This document shows positions 56,478-64,000 of a DNA stretch of 64,000 nucleotides, in pieces (within the stretch, counting starts at the first letter, position 1; every line of letters starts with the position of its first letter). Both the position numbers and the translations under genes were made by a program. The stretch comes from Eledone cirrhosa. Lineage: Eukaryota. The stretch covers positions 28,768,001 through 28,832,000 of the forward strand of contig OZ024744.1 of NCBI GenBank assembly GCA_964016885.1. Direction: 5' to 3'. Under the pieces are notes generated by a model. That model saw only the letters and a program-made list of their open reading frames with translations, made no database searches and had not been told where the DNA came from.

Positions 56478-59396
56478 TTTCTTTATTAACCACAAGGGTT
56501 TACATAAAGTAGACATTATGGACAGTACAGGACAATACAGGACGGTACAAATGGGTATTTCTGCGTGTAGAAAACAAAAACAGAGGATGTAACAAAAAAA
56601 AACAATGAAAAATTCCACAAACGGGGGAGACTTCCGAGGGACATTCGTGGAGAAAACCCATTAAAAAGCCACAGTGACCCTGACCACCAGGGCAAGTGCC
56701 CTCTCTCAGTTTTCCACCTTTAATTTACAGACACATACACAGAGTAGGCCCATTCACCTCTCTTTCCCATCTTTCAACAAAATGCTGGGAAGAGAGCACT
56801 TCCCTCTCTACCCTGATTTTCCTTTACAAATGAAATTTGAAAAAGTCAATCAGAGCATCACCGAAGAGGTAAGTGCTCGTTTTCAGCCCTTTCAAACGTG
56901 TCCACCATACTATATCTTTCGCCATGGCCACCAGACATATAAAAACTTCCTGCCCTTCCCGGCTACAGCCGGGCAAGCCCGTGTTTTGCGTTGAAGGATT
57001 GGTCGAGTACCAATCTCGCCGCAAGCACGTCGGTTGCGATATCTGTTCTAAACGCCTCTTCTAGCTTTCTGAATAGCTCTCCCTCTACTCTATTTTCCTC
57101 TATCACAAATCCTTTGCTAAACCTCATCGACTCTACTTTAATTGCCCTTTTAAGGGCGAACCACCACCTGTTGTTGACGACCGCTCCCGTCAACGCCCGC
57201 TTAACTAATACGCTAATCCGGTCTCTGTAGGCTTTGCGACGCGTTCAGCTTCCAGTAACCGGGTCCTTGTCTATGAAATCTGTCTATATCGGTCTCACAG
57301 ATCATAGATTTACGGTCTGTGTAGGCGACTATTTTAAATTGTGGACAACTTATCTGGTTCTCTGCAGAATACCCTATCGAGATACGATCTGGATGACCCG
57401 ATGCGGTTTGTCCATGTCCACATTGGCACATTCGGGTGAACCAGTCGATCGTATCAGACAGTTCAAAACGTCTGAGCAGGTTGGTGAGGCTCTTGCACCC
57501 TCCTCCTCTATCCACTAGCCCCACACAAGCCCAGCGTGCATCCAAGATACCGTTCCAGTCGCCCACTAACACTAAAGAGCGGGACGTTCCAAGAAAGGTC
57601 TCTAGACGTCTGAAGAAATCTAGCCGTCCTGTACCTGTCGGTCCTGTCCCTACTAGCCTGAAAGCGTTGCCTTCGGTGCCTCTTACGTCCAGCACCATCG
57701 ACTTACCTTCTGGGTCCAGGAAGATGGTCCGTATGGCGAGACCCAAGTCTTTCCGAAACAACATAGCCCCCCCCCCCTCCCGAACGTTTCGGAGATGCGT
57801 ACACCTCGTAACCGTCGAAGGTCGGTGCGAAAGCTTGCGTTTCGGAGATTCTCGTCTCGCTGAGGGCCACCACATCTATGTTTAGTGACCTGAGGTCGTT
57901 AAGCAAGTGACCCTGCTTCCAAACCGACCTCAAGCCACGCCCGTTTACACTTCCGATCCTGAATACGGCCTTGTTGGGTGAGAAACGGGGCTAGTGAGAA
58001 AGGATCACTTACCTTGATCGTATGGTGAAGGGACAGTAGAACCGTCCCTTTTGCTAGTCATGGGTGTTTCCAAGAGGATGTCAGTGTATATCCTCTTAGC
58101 AACCGAGCCTCTGAAGTCTCCAACTACGTTGGGGAATTTTTGTTTTAGAAGTTTGTACTGTTCTATTTTGATATCAATTAAGCTTATGTTTGTCAGTAGA
58201 GTTCTTGGAGTTGGTGGGGTGTAGTAGTTTTTTTCTGTGATGTCTGTGTGCTGCTTTATATATTGTATGAGTTCTTTTTTTTACCATGTTTATGGCTGTG
58301 TACTTTTAGGGGGAGGGTGATTTTGTTGTTGTTGGGTGTGTGTGTTTTATTGTGTTTGCGTTGTTGGTGGTTTTGGTGATGCTGGTGGTGGCGTGGTTGT
58401 TGTTGGCGGTGGTGCTTGGGGTGGTGATGGTGTTGGTGGTGGCGTCGCTGCAAGTCTCCTTGCAGCCTTTACCCCTCTTTGTGTGCCTTCGGGTTTTTTC
58501 TTTTTTCATTTTTTTTTGCAGACCGTTTGCCACTTCACTCCTGCCTCAAACTCCATGTCGGATTCCGTGGCGTCTGGGAGGTGTTTGTGCTCCACGGCTA
58601 TTGGTGGTGGTAGTGGAGCCCTCTCCGGCGATTTTGTTGCTGTTGCAGCTACTGCAAATGTAGCTACTGGTGTTGCCGCCACTGCTGCCGCTGCTTTAGT
58701 TGTCCGTGGCCTTGGTACGGGTGCTACGGACGTTGCCCTTCTACTCACCGTGGAAGGGGCTTCTGCGTTGTTGCCTGCCCTGCTCTTGGTAGCAGCGGAC
58801 CAGGTATTGGAAGGAGAGGGGCCTTTTTCTTCGCTGTCTTCTGGGGGCAAAAGGCCCTGAGGTGACCCTTTGACCCACAGAGATAACAATTTGGCCGTCT
58901 TCCTTCCACGCTTATAGGGAATTGGAGTCCTTCCTCGAGGTCTATGATATCGGGGATAGTGTCGATACACTCCTGGTCAGTATAAGCATTTGCATGCCTA
59001 TACCTGACCAGTTCTCTCTCCCTATTTTCTCTACTTGCAGCATGGTCGCCCCGTCCTCGATTCCAGCAAGGACAGACGCGGCCAGCCAAGGTATGGGCAC
59101 GTTGAGTGGAACCTGGGTCACTTTGACTCCCTCTCTCTGTGATGTCTGACAGCACTCTCTCACTTTATTGTGTTATCCATATTGAAAGAAATCTTTTTTT
59201 CGAATAATGTTTTTACACAATACTCAACCCATAAAGTGGTGCCGTATTATTTACGAGTGAACCCCTGTGTTAGGTGGGTCACTTCTTCTAAACTTTTGTC
59301 AAGTTTAAAACTTGAATAAAAGGTTTAGAACAGTTGAAAATGAGGTAAACTGTTGAAAAAAAGCTGGAGGCGATAATAAGCGTGGCTTCACCTTCA
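56478..59396 (-). mobile_element. Composite Tx1-like unit: subfamily A 3' end (56478-56965) joined to subfamily B 5' UTR, ORF1 and endonuclease (56980-59396); RT deleted
   Basis: The 3' part matches copies 1-3; ORF1 (CYLCGSKGHLRAFC, LPDATESDMEFEAG) and the endonuclease match copy 5. Confidence 0.8.
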
Positions 59397-59419
59397 AATA
59401 ATAATGCTTTCTTTTAATT

Positions 59420-59470
<51 letters not shown>

Positions 59471-62400
59471 TTGATTTCTTTATTGGCCACAAGGGCTGAC
59501 ATCAAGAAAAACATCACAGACGGAACAGGACGGTACGATGTGGGTTTTGTGCGTGTAAATATTTTTATTATTTATATAAGAAAAGAAAAAAGACATAAAA
59601 CATATATATATATATAAACAATAAAATGAAAATTGAAACAATGAAAAATTCCCCAATAGGGGGGAAACCTCCGAGGGTTACTCGTGGCGAAAACCACACA
59701 AAAGACCACGGCCACCCTGACTACCAGGGCAAGCGCCCTCTCTCAATTTTTCCATCTCTCAAACTACAGACGTATATTCAGAGTGATCCCGTTCACTCGG
59801 ACCATTCTCGCTACATTCACCCACCTTTCAACAAACTTGCTAGAAGACAGCACTTGCCTCTCCACCCTGATTTTCCTCTTCAAGTGAAACTTGAAAAAGT
59901 TAATCAGGGATTCGCCGAAGAGGAAAGTGTTTGTCTTTAATCCTTTTAACCTTGTCAACCACACAATCTCTTTCGCCATGGCCACCAGGCAGATGAAAAC
60001 CGTCTGCCCTGCCTCCTCAAAGGAAGACGGCGAAACCATCTGCACAATGGACTCAGTCGACAACCGGATCAGTCCAACACGTGACAGCAACTGTTCGACA
60101 TAGCTCCACAATTCAGCAATGCTCGGGCACTGAACGAGTGCGGGCACAACGGTTTCGTCGCTATGCGCGCATCTCGGACAGGCTCGGCTGACAGCACTTC
60201 CGTGCCTGTAGAGCTTATCTCGAACCGGCAGCGCTCCCCGGTAGCACTGCCAGGCCAGGGATTTTTGGAAGTTATCCATAGGCCCCGGGCTGAAAGTTCT
60301 CCGGAAGAGAGCAAGTAGTTGATCTTCTTCGACGCCCAGGATCTCTCCGAGAACGTCGTCGCTCTTCCCCTCCACTAGTCCTCTATAGAACGCCGAGGTG
60401 GATGTTCCACCGATACTGGTGCCCAACTGGGAGAGGGCAGTGGGCGCCTGGAGACATTTCAGTTTCCAAGCGCTATCCCTCGGTCTTTTTCTGATCCAGG
60501 ACTGCAGCTCCGTCAAGGAGACGAGCTGTGGGAAAATGTGCCTGGCGAACGGCGACCTCACCTGTTCACCATCAAGGAAGCACCAGAGATGTCGCAGCCT
60601 CAGCGCATGTTTGCGCATCATCAGCCATGGCATGCCCAGTCCTCCACGCAACGAGTGTTGACAGCAGATGGATCGTCTGACCATGGGAGCGCGTCCCTTC
60701 CACAAAAAGCGGAAGAGGAGGCGCTCCATTTTGGTGAGAGTTGGGCTGGATCAAGCGACGACGGTGAGGCGGTAGCAGATGACGGACGCGATGTACGCAT
60801 TCGCCACTTACGCCCGGACTTTCAGGGACAGCTTCCTCTCAGCCCATTTCTGGGTGAGGGAGGCCACCCTGCTCGTCACCTCGTTCCAGTTTTTCTCCAT
60901 CTGGAGGTCGGGTCCGAACCAGACCCCGAGCAATTTAACCGGTCCGTCCGTCCAACGCCCCACGACGCAGTCGGACGGCATGGACTTGCCTCTCCAGGTC
61001 CCTACCTGCAAGCCCACCGACTATTCCTAGTTTATCCTTGCTCCTGTCACCGTTTCGTATTCCTTGAGAGCGGTGCCGAGCATCTGGATGTGCCTGGTGC
61101 TCGACACCACCACGGTAACGCCGTCAGCATAAGCCGACTCGGATTTCCCGCATCCTAGTTCGCGTGGGACGCCCCTCATTGCCCCCAGTTTGTGCAGTAA
61201 CGGCTCGAGAGCCAATACGTACAAGAGGGACGAGAGGGGACAACTCTGGCGGACTGAGCGCATGATGTTGAACGGCTGCGACAGGTGAGCGTTCACCCTC
61301 ACAACTGAGCAGATGTCGCTGTACATTGCTGCGATACAACGCCTGAAAACGGGCCCGAAACCGGCTGCCTCGAGGGCCGCCGCCAGGTACCGATGGTCGA
61401 ACCTATCGAATGCTTTGGATTGATCCAAGTTGAACAGGGCCCCACCCTTGCCAGGTTCCTTAACCACCCTCTCTATGATGTATCGCATGAGGTGGAGGTT
61501 GTCGTATATGGATCTGTCCGGGATGGCGTATGTCTGCGCCTCTCCCACCAGACCCTTGACGACAAGCGCCAACCTCGTTGCTAACACCTTGGCCAAAATC
61601 TTGAACTCTGCGTTTAGCAAGATTATGGGCCTGAAGTTATCGATAACATCCTCCTTGTTCGGGTCTTTTCTCAGCAGCACCACCGCTCCCCGGCTCACAA
61701 AACTGGGAATGCTCCCGTTATGCTGCCAGTTGCAGTAGACGTCTGCCAAGAGGTCACCGAACAAGTCTGGAATAAATGCATAAAGCTCGTAGGGCAGACC
61801 ATCTAAACCTGGCGATTTACCTCTTGTGCAGTTAGCCATCGCTTCCCGTATTTCACCGGCTGTTATTGGCTTTTCGCAACACTGTGCTGCGGTCGTCGAG
61901 AGCCGAGGCAGTCCGTCGAGGTAAGCACTGAAGTCCATGCCCCGATCCGGGCCGTCACCGCTCCTGAACAGTTCAGCAAAGTGCTGCTGAAAAGCTTCAC
62001 ACATCCGCTCGGGTTCGAGCATCACGTACCCGTTTTGGTCAGACAAAGACCGAATTGTGGCTTTATTGCCACGTCGCGCCTCTGCCACCCGGGCCCATTG
62101 GAGGGCTTTTGTCCCCTCGTGTTTCAGAGCACGCGCTCTAGCTCTGACAACGCAGCCTTCGCGTTTTGCGTTGAAGAATTGGTCGAGTGCCAATCTCGAC
62201 GCAAGCACGTCGGTTGCGATGCCTGTCCTAAACGCTTCTTCTAGCTTTCTGACTAGCTCTCCCTCTACTCTATTTTCCTCTATCACTACTCCTTTGCTAA
62301 ACTTAATCGACTCTACTTTAATTGCCCTTTTCAGGGCGAACCACCACCTGTTGTTGACGCCGCTCCTGTCAACGACCGCTTAACTAATACGCTAATCCGG

Positions 62401-64000
62401 TCTCTGTAGGCCTTGCGCGCCGGGAAAGACGCGTTCAGCTTCCAGTAACCAGGCCCTTGTCTATGAAGTCTGTTTATGTCGATCTCACAGATCACAAATT
62501 TGTGGTCTGTGTAGTCGACTATTTTAAATTGTGGACAACCTATACTAGCCTTATCTAGTTCCCTGCAGAATACCCTATCTAGATACGATCTGGATGACCC
62601 GATGCGGTTTGTCCATGTCCACATTGGCACATTCGGGTGATCCAGTCAATACCTGTCAGACAGTTCAAAACGTCTGAGCAGGTTGGTGAGGCTCTTGCAC
62701 CCTCCTCCCCTATCCACTAGCCCAACACGATCCCAGCGTGCATCCAAGATACCGTTCCAGTCGCCCACTAACACTAAAGAGCGGGACGTTCCAAGAAACG
62801 TCTCTACACGTCTGAAGAAATCTAGCCGTCCTGTACCTGGCCGTCCTGTCCCTGTTGGGGCGTAGATGGCTACTAGCCTGAAAGCATTGTCTTGGCTGCC
62901 GGTCACGTCCAGCACCACCGACTTACCTTCTGGGTCCAGGAAGATGGCCTGTATCGCGAGATCCAAACCTCTCCGAAAAAGGACGGCAACCCCTCTCCCC
63001 GATCCTGGACGGCTGGGAGATGCGTATACATCGTAGCCGCCGAAGATCGGTGCGAAGGCCCGTGCCTCGGAGATTCTGGTTTCACTGATGGCCACCACAG
63101 GTCATTAAGCAGGTGACCCTGCTTCCAAGATGACCCCAGGCCACGTGCATTTATACTGCCTATTCTGAGTACAGCCATGTTGGATGAGAAACGGGGCAAA
63201 TGAGAAAGGGTCACTTACCTTGTTCGTGTGGTGAAGGGACTTTAGAACCGTCCCTTTCGCTGGTCATGGGTCTTTCCAAGAGGATGTCAGTGTATATCCT
63301 CTTGGTAACCGTCCCTCTGAAGTCTCCAACTGCGTTGGGGAATTTTTGTTTTAAAGGTTTGTATTGTTCTATTGAGATTTCGATGATGCTTATGTTTGTC
63401 GGGAGAGTTCTTGGTGTTGGTGGGGTGTAGTAGTTTTTTTCCGTGATGTCTGTGTGCTGCTTTATATATTGTATGAGTTCTTTTTTTGCCATGTTCATGG
63501 CTGTGTACCTTTTTAGGGGAGGGGTGATTTTGTTGCCGTTTTCTTCTTGTTGCTGTTTGGTGTGTGTGTCTTGTTGTGTTTGCGTTGTTGGTGTTTGTGG
63601 TGGTGTTGCTACAAGTTTCCCTGCTGCCTTTACCCCTCTTTGTATGCCTTCGCTTTTGGAGGGTGAATCTAAGGTTTTTTTCTTTTTTGTTTTTTTGTGG
63701 CAGACTGTTTGCCACGTCACTCCCGCCTCAAACTCCATGTCGGATTCTGTGGCGTCTGGGAGGGGTATGTGCTCCACGGCTGTTGGTGGTGGTAGTGGAG
63801 CCTTCTTCGGCAATGTTGTTGATGGTGTAGCTATTTCAAATGTAGCTATTGGTGTTGCCGCTACTGATGATGCTGCTTTATTTATCCGTGGCCTTGGTAC
63901 GGGTGCTACGGACGTTGCCCTCCTACTCACCGTGGAAGGGGCTTCTTCGTTTGTTGCCTGTCCTGCTCTTGGTAGCAGCGGACCAGGTATTGGAAGGAGA
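59471..64000 (-). mobile_element. Tx1-like element subfamily B copy 5 (ORF2 about 63178-59764, frameshifted; ORF1 C-half 63211 to window end)
   Basis: APE, RT (YADG variant) and CPRC..C motifs; distinct ORF1 and 3' UTR; (TAA)n tail at 59421-59470. Confidence 0.9.

Noticed and set aside
43963-63830. Numerous plus-strand ORFs over the Tx1 array
   Set aside because: Antisense shadows of GC-rich ORF1/ORF2, repeated only because the elements are repeated.

Overview
Eukaryotic, AT-rich, repeat-saturated genomic DNA with no bacterial features. The (TA)n/(CA)n density and the tRNA-derived SINE family suggest an octopod cephalopod; this is inference. No intact host gene is visible, only a few short + strand phase-1 exon-like segments (about 13.3, 22.1-22.9 and 35.1-35.9 kb). 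The first 43 kb is a mosaic of decayed retroelements: R4/Dong-like and CRE-like RLE elements, bipartite RTE derivatives, several Penelope-like elements (three of Naiad type) with type I hammerhead ribozymes, plus SINEs, MITEs, Helitron-like elements and a 2.7-kb (CAC)n field. From 43.7 kb to the end lies a head-to-tail array of five Tx1/L1-clade non-LTR retrotransposon units (two subfamilies), all on the minus strand, with (TAA)n tracts at almost every junction. The main leads are: (1) a conserved splice donor overlapping or abutting the ORF1 stop plus a strong acceptor in the 3' UTR, which would splice out all of ORF2 and give an ORF1-only RNA; (2) apparent (TTA)n target specificity producing self-nesting arrays; (3) a 3' tail shared by the SINE and the Tx1 elements; (4) hammerhead core variants and fold-backs that start at the predicted cleavage site. 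All alignments and counts were done by eye.
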